A DNA stretch of 64,000 nucleotides from a virus (taxonomy: Duplodnaviria; Caudoviricetes), in IMG/VR virus record IMGVR_UViG_3300028603_000002, positions 1 to 64,000 of that record. The stretch is one strand, 5' to 3'. Shown here piece after piece: positions 1 through 9,827 of the stretch. Within the stretch, counting starts at the first letter, position 1. Each line of letters begins with the position of its first letter. Position numbers and translations under genes: made by a program. Below the pieces are notes generated by a model. The model was not told the origin of the DNA and did not search any database. It saw only the letters and a list, made by a program, of their open reading frames with translations.

Positions 1-695
1 AGAAATCATTATTATCAGGATCTAAACAGATAGCGAGTGATATATCAGGTTCATTTACTGAAGTATCTAGTTCATTACAAGGCAGAATAACTCAAGTATC
101 AAGCTCATTACAAGGAAGAATAACTCAGGTATCTAGTTCATTACAAGGCAGGATAACTAATAATGAAACAATACTCAAGAAAACATTATTATCAGGATCT
201 GAACAAATAGCAAGTGATATATCAGGTTCATTTACTGAAGTATCCAGTTCATTACAAGACAGGATAAGTGACAATGAAACAATACTTAAGAAATCATTAT
301 TATCAGGATCTGGTCAAATAGCAAATGATATATCAGGTTCATTTACTGAAGTATCTAGTTCATTACAAGATAGAATAACTCAAGTATCTAGTTCATTACA
401 ATACAGGATAACTGAAGTATCTAGTTCATTACAAGGCAGGATAACTAATAATGAAACAATACTTAAGAAATCATTAATATCAGGGTCTGGTCAGATAGCA
501 AGTGATATATCAGGTTCATTCAGGGAGGTATCCAGCTCATTACAGGGTAGAATAACTCAGGTATCTAGTTCATTACAAAATAGAATATCTGATAACGAAA
601 CAATACTTAAGAAAACATTACTATCGGGATCTAGACAGATAGCAAGTGATATATCAGGTTCATTTACTGAAGTATCTAGCTCATTACAGCAAAGG
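1..695 (+). repeat. Coding tandem repeat: 111-nt (37-aa) unit with 0-2 extra 33-nt (11-aa) sub-repeats
   Basis: Units begin at about 0, 177, 288, 465 and 609 (spacings 177, 111, 177, 144). The sub-repeat gtatctagttcattacaaggcaggataact encodes VSSSLQGRIT. Confidence 0.9.
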
Positions 696-1019
696 TTGAA
701 AACATTAGAACAGGGAAGTGAGCCGTCGGATAGAGTAATTTCGTCTGATTCAAATTGGGTAGTGACTGATAATAATGCATCTATATTCATACAAACAGGG
801 TTAAATCATGTAAAATATACGTTGTCATCCAACCCATCTAATGGAGATGTTGTTAATGTTGTCTTGGTGCAAAGTTCATTGGGAAGAACTGGATCTATTA
901 TAGGCAATGGCAAACTAATAAATGGTGCAAGTAGTTATCCTATTGAATCTATGCTTACTGGTGTTACTATTAAGTATAATAGCACTTTTGGAAGATGGAT
1001 ATCAATTAGCAAGGTGTAA
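1..1019 (+). CDS. 5'-truncated repeat-rich fibre/structural protein (coiled-coil repeats plus a small C-terminal beta domain)
   Basis: Frame 3 is open from the window start to TAA 1019 (KSLLSGSKQIASDISGSFTEVSSSLQGRITQVSSSLQGRITQ...). The 696..1019 ORF in the track is only its C-terminus. Confidence 0.7.
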   Translation, partial: KSLLSGSKQIASDISGSFTEVSSSLQGRITQVSSSLQGRITQVSSSLQGRITNNETILKKTLLSGSEQIASDISGSFTEVSSSLQDRISDNETILKKSLLSGSGQIANDISGSFTEVSSSLQDRITQVSSSLQYRITEVSSSLQGRITNNETILKKSLISGSGQIASDISGSFREVSSSLQGRITQVSSSLQNRISDNETILKKTLLSGSRQIASDISGSFTEVSSSLQQRLKTLEQGSEPSDRVISSDSNWVVTDNNASIFIQTGLNHVKYTLSSNPSNGDVVNVVLVQSSLGRTGSIIGNGKLINGASSYPIESMLTGVTIKYNSTFGRWISISKV

Positions 1020-1022
1020 TTC

Positions 1023-1076
1023 TATATTTATTATATGAGTACGTACATTAATCACAATACAAAATTATATTTATTA
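1023..1076 (+). promoter_or_regulatory. Two copies of putative late-promoter motif TATATTTATTA
   Basis: Exact copies at 1023-1033 and 1066-1076, upstream of the head operon. The same motif recurs before other structural operons. Confidence 0.6.
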
Positions 1077-1095
1077 TTAAAGAAGGATTTTAAAA

Positions 1096-1428
1096 ATGAA
1101 TAAAGAACAAAAATTACGAAACTACATTCGCAAATTAATAAAGGAAGAAAAAACTTCATTAAAGGAACAAGGTGAAGAAGGAACACCCCCTGAAGCTAAT
1201 ACTTCCCCTGGAGAAAACCAACAAAGTTTAGAAAGAACAAAAGTAAAATTATTCTTTGATGCTCTTCAAAAGAGTGACCGATTAATGTCATTGTTACAAT
1301 TTCAAAATCCAATTGAACAAGCACAAGCAATTATTAAGTTTGCTGAAATAGTTGGAGTACCAGCAGGAAGCATAACTGGATTAATACAGCAGATTAGACA
1401 GCTCCATCGAGATAAGAATAAGAAGTGA
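1096..1428 (+). CDS. Hypothetical protein, possible internal head protein
   Basis: 110 aa; N-terminal KLRNYIRKLIKE leader-like motif. Confidence 0.5.
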   Translation: MNKEQKLRNYIRKLIKEEKTSLKEQGEEGTPPEANTSPGENQQSLERTKVKLFFDALQKSDRLMSLLQFQNPIEQAQAIIKFAEIVGVPAGSITGLIQQIRQLHRDKNKK

Positions 1429-1673
1429 TAAAATTAGAAGAATTGTTAAAGAGATGGACATTAGAAGCAGAAGAAGATGCATATGATTTTGAGGCTGATT
1501 ATTTTTCTATAAATGAAATAATACCAAAATTTGTATTGAATAAACGACCAAATAAATTATCACCCAACCCAGTATCACATGCAAACGCAAGGTTAGTAAG
1601 CATTTTGTTAAATAAATTGATAGAATTTTATCCGGAATTAATAGTAAAAAATAACAATTTAATATATAGATAA
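1425..1673 (+). CDS. Hypothetical protein with MIKLEELL leader
   Basis: 82 aa; GTG start overlaps the upstream stop. Confidence 0.5.
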   Translation: MIKLEELLKRWTLEAEEDAYDFEADYFSINEIIPKFVLNKRPNKLSPNPVSHANARLVSILLNKLIEFYPELIVKNNNLIYR

Positions 1674-2374
1674 TGGCAAAACAAAGTAAGTTACAAAATA
1701 TTAAAGCAGTTCGTGAAATGCTCGCCGGTAAACATAAGAGTCAAACAAAGACTCATATATCGTATAGTGGCATAGGGAGATTTAATGAAGAAGATGTAAT
1801 TAAATTTCTAAAGCCTGGGGAGGTGTATGTTAAGGAGACTGAAGATAAAGATACTAAAAGGAAATCATATCATACTTATCTGAGATCACCTAGCGGGTAT
1901 GTATTTAAAACATCAGGTAAATTTGAAAGTTGGGATGAATATGAGAAACATCGGGAATTTATTAGATTTGATAAATTTATGAAATGCGATAAAGACAATC
2001 CAACTTGTTCTAAGAAAACAAAAATATTTACTAGACTGGATTATAAATTTGCTCAGAAAGCTTTAATGTGCACAGATTGCATACAGAAAGAAGAATCTAA
2101 ATATAAATACCAGGGAAGAGAAGTGTATGAGAATTGGGTTAAGGAGAAAATGATAAATAATGCCAATGCCTTTATTGCGGAACAAGAATCGGAATTTGAA
2201 AACTTCATACAATCCATAGAAAAACCTACAGAATATATTGATGGTAATGGTGAAGTAGAAAAATGGTCAGGAGTAAATAAAGAAGCTATAATTTCAAAAT
2301 TAAGAAAAGAATTTAATGAATTCAAAGAATTCGTACTAACAGGAAAAATTGGTAGCGTGGAGGAAGAAGAGTAA
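1673..2374 (+). CDS. Hypothetical protein directly upstream of terL, possibly Zn-binding
   Basis: 233 aa; KCDKDNPTC and MCTDC cysteine pairs; abuts terminase. Confidence 0.55.
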   Translation: MAKQSKLQNIKAVREMLAGKHKSQTKTHISYSGIGRFNEEDVIKFLKPGEVYVKETEDKDTKRKSYHTYLRSPSGYVFKTSGKFESWDEYEKHREFIRFDKFMKCDKDNPTCSKKTKIFTRLDYKFAQKALMCTDCIQKEESKYKYQGREVYENWVKEKMINNANAFIAEQESEFENFIQSIEKPTEYIDGNGEVEKWSGVNKEAIISKLRKEFNEFKEFVLTGKIGSVEEEE

Positions 2375-3970
2375 ATGGGAGTTAGTCTACAGGATGTAAT
2401 TGAAATAGAAAAAAAGAAATGTGAGAAGGACTCTATCTACATGTTCATGAAATATGGGAAGATAGAACATCCTACGAAGGGAAAAATACTATTCAATTTA
2501 TACCCATTTCAGAAAAAGACTTTAACTGAAATAAAGAAATACAAATTAAACATAATAAATAAGTCAAGGCAAATGGGTATATCTACATTAGTAGCTGCCC
2601 ATGCTGTTGATAAAATGCTACATAATGAATCATTTAAGGTTCTTGTAATTGCAGTGAATCAGGATGTGGCGAAAAACATTGTAGATAAAGTAAAAGTACT
2701 ATTCAATGGATTGCCAGTTTGGTTAAAAGCGAAAGTAAAATTAGTAAATAGCAATAAAACTGAAGTAATATTTGATAATGGATCTAAAATTAAAGCAGTT
2801 GCATCAAGCGGAACTGCTGGTAGATCTGAAGCAGTATCGTTATTGATTATTGATGAAGCAGCGCACATTGTAAACATTTCGGATATTTGGACTTCAGCAC
2901 AATCAACATTAGCAACGGGTGGTGATGCAATTGTTCTATCAACACCAAATGGGGTTGGAAACTGGTTCCATAAACAATGTCAGATTGCACAAGAGAAAGT
3001 TCCTGATGAAGATAGTGGCATGGTATTTAATTATATTGAATTACCATGGCAATTACATCCGGAACGAGATCAAGAATGGAGAGACAGTCAAACTGCTTTA
3101 TTAGGTGAACGTGAATCAGCACAGGAATGTGATTGTTCATTTATAACATCTGGTAATTCATTAGTTGAAGGGGAGATATTAGAATGGTATAATCAAAACT
3201 ATGTTACAGATCCATTGGAAAAAAGAGGACCTGCAGGAGATTTTTGGATTTGGAAATATCCAGATTATACAAAACAGTATGTGGTAGCAGTGGACGTCGC
3301 CCGGGGCGATGGAGAAGATGATAGTGTTATAGATGTATATGATGTAGAGGATATGGAACAAGTGGCACAGTATGTAGGAAAAATAGATACTACTACATTA
3401 GGTCATATGGCAGTAACAATAGCAACTGACTACAATAAAGCATATCTTATAATTGATAACAAAAATATTGGTTGGGATACTGTACAAATACCAATTGATA
3501 TGAAATATGATAATTTACATTATAGTTTCCGAGATGATCAATATGTAGATGAAATGGTATCGTTGCGAAAAAGATATGATCTTAAAGGAAAGGAAGATAA
3601 AGTACCAGGATTCACAACAACTACTAAAAATAGACCAATGATAATTTCTAAAATACAAATAGCTTTTAGAAATAGGGATGTGATAATAAGATCAAAAAGA
3701 ACAATAAACCAAATGTTTTCATTCATTTGGATGAATGGTAAACCACAAGCAGCGCATGGTTATAATGATGATTGTGTAATGACTTGCGGATACTTTTTAT
3801 ATGTTCGCGACACGGCATTGAGAATAGGTCAGTTAGGAAGAGAATTAACAAGAAGTAGTATCAGAGCGATATCAAGACGTAGAAATATTCCAAATGGTTA
3901 CACTTCACAAAATTACGCAAATAGATACAGTAACGACCCACAACATAATTGGTTGTTAGATAAAAGATAA
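2375..3970 (+). CDS. terL: Terminase large subunit (T4 gp17-like)
   Basis: LYPFQ adenine-binding motif, KSRQMGIST Walker A, LLIIDEAA Walker B, STPNG motif III, nuclease VAVDVARG and NDDCVM. Confidence 0.95.
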   Translation: MGVSLQDVIEIEKKKCEKDSIYMFMKYGKIEHPTKGKILFNLYPFQKKTLTEIKKYKLNIINKSRQMGISTLVAAHAVDKMLHNESFKVLVIAVNQDVAKNIVDKVKVLFNGLPVWLKAKVKLVNSNKTEVIFDNGSKIKAVASSGTAGRSEAVSLLIIDEAAHIVNISDIWTSAQSTLATGGDAIVLSTPNGVGNWFHKQCQIAQEKVPDEDSGMVFNYIELPWQLHPERDQEWRDSQTALLGERESAQECDCSFITSGNSLVEGEILEWYNQNYVTDPLEKRGPAGDFWIWKYPDYTKQYVVAVDVARGDGEDDSVIDVYDVEDMEQVAQYVGKIDTTTLGHMAVTIATDYNKAYLIIDNKNIGWDTVQIPIDMKYDNLHYSFRDDQYVDEMVSLRKRYDLKGKEDKVPGFTTTTKNRPMIISKIQIAFRNRDVIIRSKRTINQMFSFIWMNGKPQAAHGYNDDCVMTCGYFLYVRDTALRIGQLGRELTRSSIRAISRRRNIPNGYTSQNYANRYSNDPQHNWLLDKR

Positions 3971-3973
3971 TAA

Positions 3974-5797
3974 ATGGCAACATTAGCAGGAACATTACGA
4001 GATTTATTTTCTAGAACCATTGTGGTTCGGAAACACCGTGGACAAATACGCAATTTTGATATACACAAAGTTCAAATGGTTGGTACATTCCAACATAGCG
4101 GTGTTAAAGGAAAATTCAAGAGAGGTGGTAGTCACCTTGGTATGGGTTATGGCTGGCCAATAAACGCCTACCCTGAGATCGAGAGTAAACGTCAGAAAAT
4201 GTATATAGATTACGAACAAATGGATCGTGATGCTATTATATCTTCTGCATTAGATATTTACGCTGATGAATGTACAACTAAGAATGATGAGGGAGATGTT
4301 CTAAAAATAAAAACAGATGATGCTGAATTACAGGCAATATTATTCAATTTATTTTATGATGTATTAGATATTGATTTTAATTTGTGGGCCTGGGTTAGAA
4401 CAGCCTGTAAGTATGGTAATTGTATGCTAGGTCTTGAAATTCATGATAAGATTGGTGTAGTAAGTGCTATACCAATACATCCATCCCTATTAAGAAGAGA
4501 AGAAGGATATGATAGAGAAAATCCTGAGAGAATTAGATATGTGTTTGAAGGTACACATACACCAGGTATAACAAAAATGTATTATGAAGCATTTGAAATA
4601 ATTGATATAAGACTAATATCTGATACTAATTATATTCCTTATGGAAAATCAGTTATTGAAGGCGCAAGACAAGAATATAAGAAGTTAACATTAATGGAAG
4701 ATGCAATGTTGATTCATAGAATCATGCGCGCACCCGAGAGAAGAATATTTAAAATAGATGTAGGAGCCATACCTCCAGATGAAGTAGAAGCATATGTAGA
4801 TGAAATTGCAAATGAATTAAAGAAAGAACCTTATATAGATCCAACAACAGGAGAATATAATTTAAGGTTCAATATAATGAATGCAATTGAAGATTATTTC
4901 CTACCAGTTCGTGGATCTGATAGTGGTACAGATATAAGCACATTGGATGGATTAGGTAATGAAGGGCATATTGATGATATTGAATACATCAGAAATAAAA
5001 TGATGGCGTATCTTAAAATACCCAAAGCTTTCTTAGGATATGAAGGTGAGATTACAGGTAAGGCAGTATTAGCAGCTGAAGATATTAGATTCGCTAGAAC
5101 AATTGAAAGAATACAGAAGTTTATTATTGCTGAATTTTATAAGATAGCTCTTATACATTTAAGTGTACACGGTTATGATTCAGAAACAATTGCTAATTTT
5201 GAATTGGAATTGAATAATCCTTCAATGATCTATATGCGTCAGCGTGTAGATTTGATGAATGAACAAATGAATTTAGTTCAAGCTATTAAAGAGAATAATG
5301 TATTTGGTGATGATTACATTTACAAAAAAATCTTTAATATGACACAAGAAGAGATTGACGCAAATGAACAAGATATAATAAAAAGTAAGAAATTGGCCTT
5401 TAGAATAGAACAAATTGGAACAGAGGGCAATGATCCTGAAATAACAGGTAAATCATTTGGAACAGCACATGATATAGCAAGTATGCACATGGCAAGTAAA
5501 GGTGCTGGTGGTGGAAGTGGGGATGATGTTAAAAAGTTATATTCAGATGATGATAGAGAAAATAATGAAGGAAGACCTGAAAAGGCTGGTAGTTATGGAA
5601 GACATAAGGATCAAACATTTGGGAGAGACCCAGTGGGAGATAAAGAAGCTACTACTACAGCAGGAGAGACAAGAAGAGGTAATATACATAAACAAATGAT
5701 TAATGAAAAGAGATCAGCAGTTGCAGAAACATACAAGATAAACAAACCAGCTATACAGGAATTATTGGAATCGCTCCAAAAGGATGATTTTGAATAA
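3974..5797 (+). CDS. Portal protein (T4 gp20-like)
   Basis: LMEDAMLIHRIMRAPERRIFKIDVG, EDYFLPVRG and DDIEY...LKIP motifs. Confidence 0.95.
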   Translation: MATLAGTLRDLFSRTIVVRKHRGQIRNFDIHKVQMVGTFQHSGVKGKFKRGGSHLGMGYGWPINAYPEIESKRQKMYIDYEQMDRDAIISSALDIYADECTTKNDEGDVLKIKTDDAELQAILFNLFYDVLDIDFNLWAWVRTACKYGNCMLGLEIHDKIGVVSAIPIHPSLLRREEGYDRENPERIRYVFEGTHTPGITKMYYEAFEIIDIRLISDTNYIPYGKSVIEGARQEYKKLTLMEDAMLIHRIMRAPERRIFKIDVGAIPPDEVEAYVDEIANELKKEPYIDPTTGEYNLRFNIMNAIEDYFLPVRGSDSGTDISTLDGLGNEGHIDDIEYIRNKMMAYLKIPKAFLGYEGEITGKAVLAAEDIRFARTIERIQKFIIAEFYKIALIHLSVHGYDSETIANFELELNNPSMIYMRQRVDLMNEQMNLVQAIKENNVFGDDYIYKKIFNMTQEEIDANEQDIIKSKKLAFRIEQIGTEGNDPEITGKSFGTAHDIASMHMASKGAGGGSGDDVKKLYSDDDRENNEGRPEKAGSYGRHKDQTFGRDPVGDKEATTTAGETRRGNIHKQMINEKRSAVAETYKINKPAIQELLESLQKDDFE

Positions 5798-5817
5798 TAT
5801 GTTTAGTTTAATAAGTA

Positions 5818-5834
5818 TATATTTATTATAAATA
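5818..5834 (+). promoter_or_regulatory. Putative late-promoter motif TATATTTATTA overlapping TATAAATA
   Basis: TATATTTATTA at 5818-5828 and TATAAATA at 5827-5834, 12 nt upstream of ATG 5847. Confidence 0.55.
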
Positions 5835-5846
5835 CCGTGTAGAAAC

Positions 5847-6677
5847 ATGAAGAAAATCAAACATAATAAATTACGAAATACTGGCTTGATATTCGAAGCC
5901 CTAACAAGGCATATTATTTCAGAGGTGTTGAATAAAAAACAACAAAAGGCTGCTGATATAATGAAGAAGTATTTCACACCGAGATCTGAATTAGTTAAGG
6001 AGTTAGATATATATCAAACTCTACAAAAATCTAATAATGTTAATGAGTCTATTGCAAACGAAATATTCAATTTAGCAATTAAAGGATTTCAAGAAATTGA
6101 TAAAGAAAAGTTAAATAAAGAAAAGTATAAATTAATTGGCGAGATTCGTAAGAATTATGATTTAAACAGTTTCTTTAAAGTAAGATTAAACAAATATCCA
6201 GTATTTGCATCCATTTATAAGATATTAGAATATAAACCCAGTGATAACATTAATGAGCACATACAATCAAAAACTACAATATTAGAGAACATTAAATCAG
6301 AAGAGAAGAAGGATGAGAACCCATCTAGCATTTTAGAAAATCTTGGAAAGGATGAAAAGATATTAACATACAAGTTAATGGTTAATAGATTCAATAAGAA
6401 ATATGCTCAATTAAATCAAAAACAAAGAACATTGCTTCAAAGGTTTATACATGAAGATATAACGAATGAAGAGTTTAAGAAATATGTGTTAACTGAAGCT
6501 AAGAAATTAGGACAGTTTTATAGATCGGTATATAAAGAAATAGAAGATCCAATTCAAAAAATTAAAATACAAGAAATAGCAAATTTAACAGATACAATTA
6601 TTACTTCCCCTATATTGAAGGAAGATCATTTATCTGCAATGTTGAAATACTATGAGCTACAAAAATACTTTAGATGA
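5847..6677 (+). CDS. Hypothetical head-module protein
   Basis: 276 aa (KHNKLRNTGLIFEAL) lying between portal and protease. Confidence 0.6.
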   Translation: MKKIKHNKLRNTGLIFEALTRHIISEVLNKKQQKAADIMKKYFTPRSELVKELDIYQTLQKSNNVNESIANEIFNLAIKGFQEIDKEKLNKEKYKLIGEIRKNYDLNSFFKVRLNKYPVFASIYKILEYKPSDNINEHIQSKTTILENIKSEEKKDENPSSILENLGKDEKILTYKLMVNRFNKKYAQLNQKQRTLLQRFIHEDITNEEFKKYVLTEAKKLGQFYRSVYKEIEDPIQKIKIQEIANLTDTIITSPILKEDHLSAMLKYYELQKYFR

Positions 6678-6858
6678 AGATAATGTTACTGGAGGTGGTG
6701 AATCTTTAAGTATACCTCATGTATTCCAGAGGAAACCACCAAGAGCAATTGATAAGAAGAAAGAAAATGATAATTCAAATCAAAGTGGTTGGTATAGAAC
6801 AGAAGCAATGTTTATGAACACCATTAGAAAAATAAATGAAGTATTAAAGGATATATAA
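6652..6858 (+). CDS. Hypothetical small protein
   Basis: 68 aa; overlaps the upstream ORF end and abuts the next. Confidence 0.45.
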   Translation: MSYKNTLDEDNVTGGGESLSIPHVFQRKPPRAIDKKKENDNSNQSGWYRTEAMFMNTIRKINEVLKDI

Positions 6859-6859
6859 T

Positions 6860-7177
6860 ATGAAAAAGAAACACATTTTAGCTGAAAATTACAGGAGATT
6901 TTTTAGAGAGAATTTGAATGAAATTGTAACTGGTAATTTTGAACAGGATTTTCACGATGGTGAAGATGAGTGGAATGAATCTATGTGGTCTGATTTTGGA
7001 TGGCAGAGATTTATGGCGATGGCAGATGGTTTTAATAGGGAAATTCATTTGGGAAATGCCAGAGCATCATCAGGATTTAGTGGGGATGATTTTGAATCTG
7101 TATTAGATGATTTAAAAGAAATGCAAGATTTATTAAATAATATGATCAGAAATATTGGACTGGCATATAGAAGATAA
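6860..7177 (+). CDS. Hypothetical acidic protein with MKKKHILAE leader
   Basis: 105 aa; its first codons are shared with the small ORF at 9721. Confidence 0.5.
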   Translation: MKKKHILAENYRRFFRENLNEIVTGNFEQDFHDGEDEWNESMWSDFGWQRFMAMADGFNREIHLGNARASSGFSGDDFESVLDDLKEMQDLLNNMIRNIGLAYRR

Positions 7178-7200
7178 AAAAAGAACGGATAAGAATTAAT

Positions 7201-7827
7201 ATGGAAAAACAATTACTTCGTGAATATTCGTTGTTTAATTACGATAAACAATCAATTGAAGAATCTATTGCAAAAAACAATGGACGATTAATTGTTAGTG
7301 GACTCTTACAAAGGGCAAATGCTAAAAACTGGAATGGTAGAAAATATCCAAAACTTGTTCTTGAAAGAGAATGTGAAAGATATATACGTGAAGAGATTGC
7401 TCAAAGAAGAGCACTTGGTGAATTAGACCACCCTGATTCAAATATTGTAAATCTAAAAAATGTATCCCATAACATATTAGAAATATGGTGGGAAGGAGAT
7501 GGGTTATACGGTAAAGTAGAAATACTATCAACACCATCTGGGAATATACTAAAAGAATTATTCAGATCAGGTATTGCAGTAGGTATCAGTTCACGAGGAA
7601 TGGGAAGCGTAAAAACATTATATGAAGATGATGGTGATTACACAATGGAAGTACAACCTGATTTTGAATTAGTGTGTTGGGATTTCGTTAGTAATCCAAG
7701 TACACATAATGCATTCATGAATCCAGTTAATGAAAGTAAAATGTCAGCGCAAACAAATATTTATAACAAACAAGATATGTTAATACACGACATTTTATGC
7801 ACGATGAGCGGAAATTGTTGTATATGA
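7201..7827 (+). CDS. Prohead core protease (T4 gp21-like)
   Basis: NWNGRKYP, ALGELDHP, VSH, TPSGNI, GISSRGMGS and DFVSNPS motifs. Confidence 0.93.
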   Translation: MEKQLLREYSLFNYDKQSIEESIAKNNGRLIVSGLLQRANAKNWNGRKYPKLVLERECERYIREEIAQRRALGELDHPDSNIVNLKNVSHNILEIWWEGDGLYGKVEILSTPSGNILKELFRSGIAVGISSRGMGSVKTLYEDDGDYTMEVQPDFELVCWDFVSNPSTHNAFMNPVNESKMSAQTNIYNKQDMLIHDILCTMSGNCCI

Positions 7828-7842
7828 AGGGATTATAAATAA

Positions 7843-8646
7843 ATGAAATATTTAATATATAAAGTGACAAATTTAATTAATAATAAAACATACATTGGTT
7901 GTCATTCAACACAAAATATTGATGATGGATATATGGGATCTGGGAAGTTAGTATTAGCTGCAATAAAAAAATACGGCATTGAAAATTTTAAGAAAGATAT
8001 ATTATATACGTTTGATAACTATGAGACGATGATCAGGAAGGAGGAAGAACTTGTAAATGAAGAGTATATTCAGCGAAATGATACATACAATCTTTCAGTA
8101 GGCGGTGCCTTTGATTATAGAGAGGATCGCTCAAAACCAGAAAATAGTAAAAAGTTAAAAGGACGAAAATTTACCCCGGAAACAATTCGCAGGATGAGTG
8201 GAAGAGTTCCAGTGGTTAATTCTGAAGGGCAAAGATTTAAAGTTGCAACTAATGACCCACGATATTTAAGTGGAGAATTAATACATACATCAGTTGGTAG
8301 ACAATGTTCGGAAGATACGAAGCAACGAATAAGAGAGAAAGCGATTGGACGTGGACATGCCGCTGAAACTCGCGCTAAAATTAGCAAAGCGATGAAGGGA
8401 GAAAATAATCCCTTTTATGGAAAACAACATACTGACGAAACGAAAAAACAAATAAGTAAAAAGAATAAGGGACGAACTGCAGTTTTTACAGATAAACATA
8501 GAAAGAATTTAAGTATAGCAATGACGAAGAATCATTTTGGTTATATTTGGATTGTTAATTTAAAAAGTCACAAGATAAAACGGATACATCCATCTGAATT
8601 GCCGTTATATATTAATACTGGGTGGATTAAAGGAAGAAAGGTATAA
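7843..8646 (+). mobile_element. Free-standing GIY-YIG homing endonuclease with NUMOD3 repeats (Seg-like)
   Basis: LIYKVTNLINNKTYIG, YMGSG, KKYGIENFKK, YNL; repeats SEDTKQRI, AETRAKIS, NPFYGKQHTDETKKQIS. Confidence 0.88.
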
Positions 8647-8650
8647 TGAT

Positions 8651-9280
8651 ATGAAACCGTCAAATAATCAATATAATACCATCATCCGCACTTTAAAAAA
8701 CTCAGGCGGTGTAATTGAAGTAGATGAGAAAAATAAAATTATCTATATTCATAAGGAAGATATCAAATTAATTAAACCAGTGCAGAATGTGTTTATTGGT
8801 GGGTTAATTAAACATTATGGATTTGAAGTTCGTGATAAGAAAAGTAAATCTAAAATAACTGATTTCCCTTCCAATGAAAATAGGACAATTGAACGGAAAA
8901 ATGGAAATAAAAATATGAATTTATTTAAACTATATAACAAACATAAACATCTATTTGAAAGTGATGAACCTATTGATAGAAATCAATTTCTTGAAAATGT
9001 GAAGAGTATAACAAGATTAAATCAAGAAATATATAGAGCAAATAAATTACAACAAGTTTCTGAGGAACTAGGAGCATTAGTAGAAATGTCTAAAAGATTC
9101 AATCTTGAAGAAACAGATGGGTGGTTTGATGGTATTACTGTTAATAGGCACAATAAGAAAATGGATGAAGCGTATAAAATCTTTGAAAAAACATGTAATG
9201 AGATAACACAATTGCAACAAAGGCTCGAAGCAAGCTATGAAGATATTGTAGAAACATTAGCAAAATATTATGAAGTATGA
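8651..9280 (+). CDS. Hypothetical protein; the C-terminal coiled-coil part may have its own start (MNLFKLYNKHKHLFE)
   Basis: 209 aa; the C-terminal half is helical (QQRLEASYEDI). Confidence 0.55.
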   Translation: MKPSNNQYNTIIRTLKNSGGVIEVDEKNKIIYIHKEDIKLIKPVQNVFIGGLIKHYGFEVRDKKSKSKITDFPSNENRTIERKNGNKNMNLFKLYNKHKHLFESDEPIDRNQFLENVKSITRLNQEIYRANKLQQVSEELGALVEMSKRFNLEETDGWFDGITVNRHNKKMDEAYKIFEKTCNEITQLQQRLEASYEDIVETLAKYYEV

Positions 9281-9522
9281 TAATTAAGAAAAAGTTTTAT
9301 AATTTTAATGGTAATTCAGGCACTGGAGTTTGCGTACCTGGAAAGGATAGTTTATATGAAGCATTATCTTTATGGAAGAAAAAAGTAAAGATGTCAGGTA
9401 AACTACAACAAGTATTCGAAAATAAATTCTTCAAAAAACCATCTGAGAAAAGAAGAGAAATAGTAGAGAATGCTAAATATAAGCAAAGAAAGGAAGTTGA
9501 TAAGAACAGAGTTACTAAATAA
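9277..9522 (+). CDS. rpsU: Phage-encoded ribosomal protein bS21
   Basis: VCV...SLYEALSLWKKKVKMSGKLQQVFENKFFKKPSEKRRE..NA fits the bS21 pattern (AL++FK+...G.L......Y/F.KPS..RR...A). Confidence 0.8.
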   Translation: MIIKKKFYNFNGNSGTGVCVPGKDSLYEALSLWKKKVKMSGKLQQVFENKFFKKPSEKRREIVENAKYKQRKEVDKNRVTK

Positions 9523-9724
9523 TAAAGTAGTAACTTTAAGTAGAAATAAAGCATCAAAGACTATTAAGATAGCATATGATGTAGATATGGATTGGTTCGA
9601 TATAGAAGAAACATTTCATGGTAAGAGTAATATAAGGTATGTTATACCAAATGATATAGATAATTTTTTATCTTTATACCTAGAAGACGGATATTCTGAT
9701 ATACAAATAGAGAAAAGACAGTGA
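9470..9724 (+). CDS. Hypothetical protein (start uncertain)
   Basis: 84-aa ORF overlapping the end of bS21. Confidence 0.35.
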   Translation: MLNISKERKLIRTELLNNKVVTLSRNKASKTIKIAYDVDMDWFDIEETFHGKSNIRYVIPNDIDNFLSLYLEDGYSDIQIEKRQ

Positions 9725-9822
9725 AAAAGAAACACATTTTAGAGGAAGGAACACCTGAATGGGATAACTTAATTGCTGAAACAGATTCAGTTATGGATTT
9801 TTTTAGACAGGCATTGCAATAA
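9721..9822 (+). CDS. Small ORF MKKKHILEEGTPEWDNLIAETDSVMDFFRQALQ (33 aa)
   Basis: GTG start overlaps the upstream TGA; 21 nt are identical to the start of the 6860 gene. Confidence 0.4.
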   Translation: MKKKHILEEGTPEWDNLIAETDSVMDFFRQALQ

Positions 9823-9827
9823 ACAAT

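Noticed and set aside
1-695. Repeat array as a possible CRISPR
   Set aside because: Unit lengths are multiples of 3, there are no unique spacers, much of the variation is synonymous, and one reading frame stays open. It is a coding repeat.
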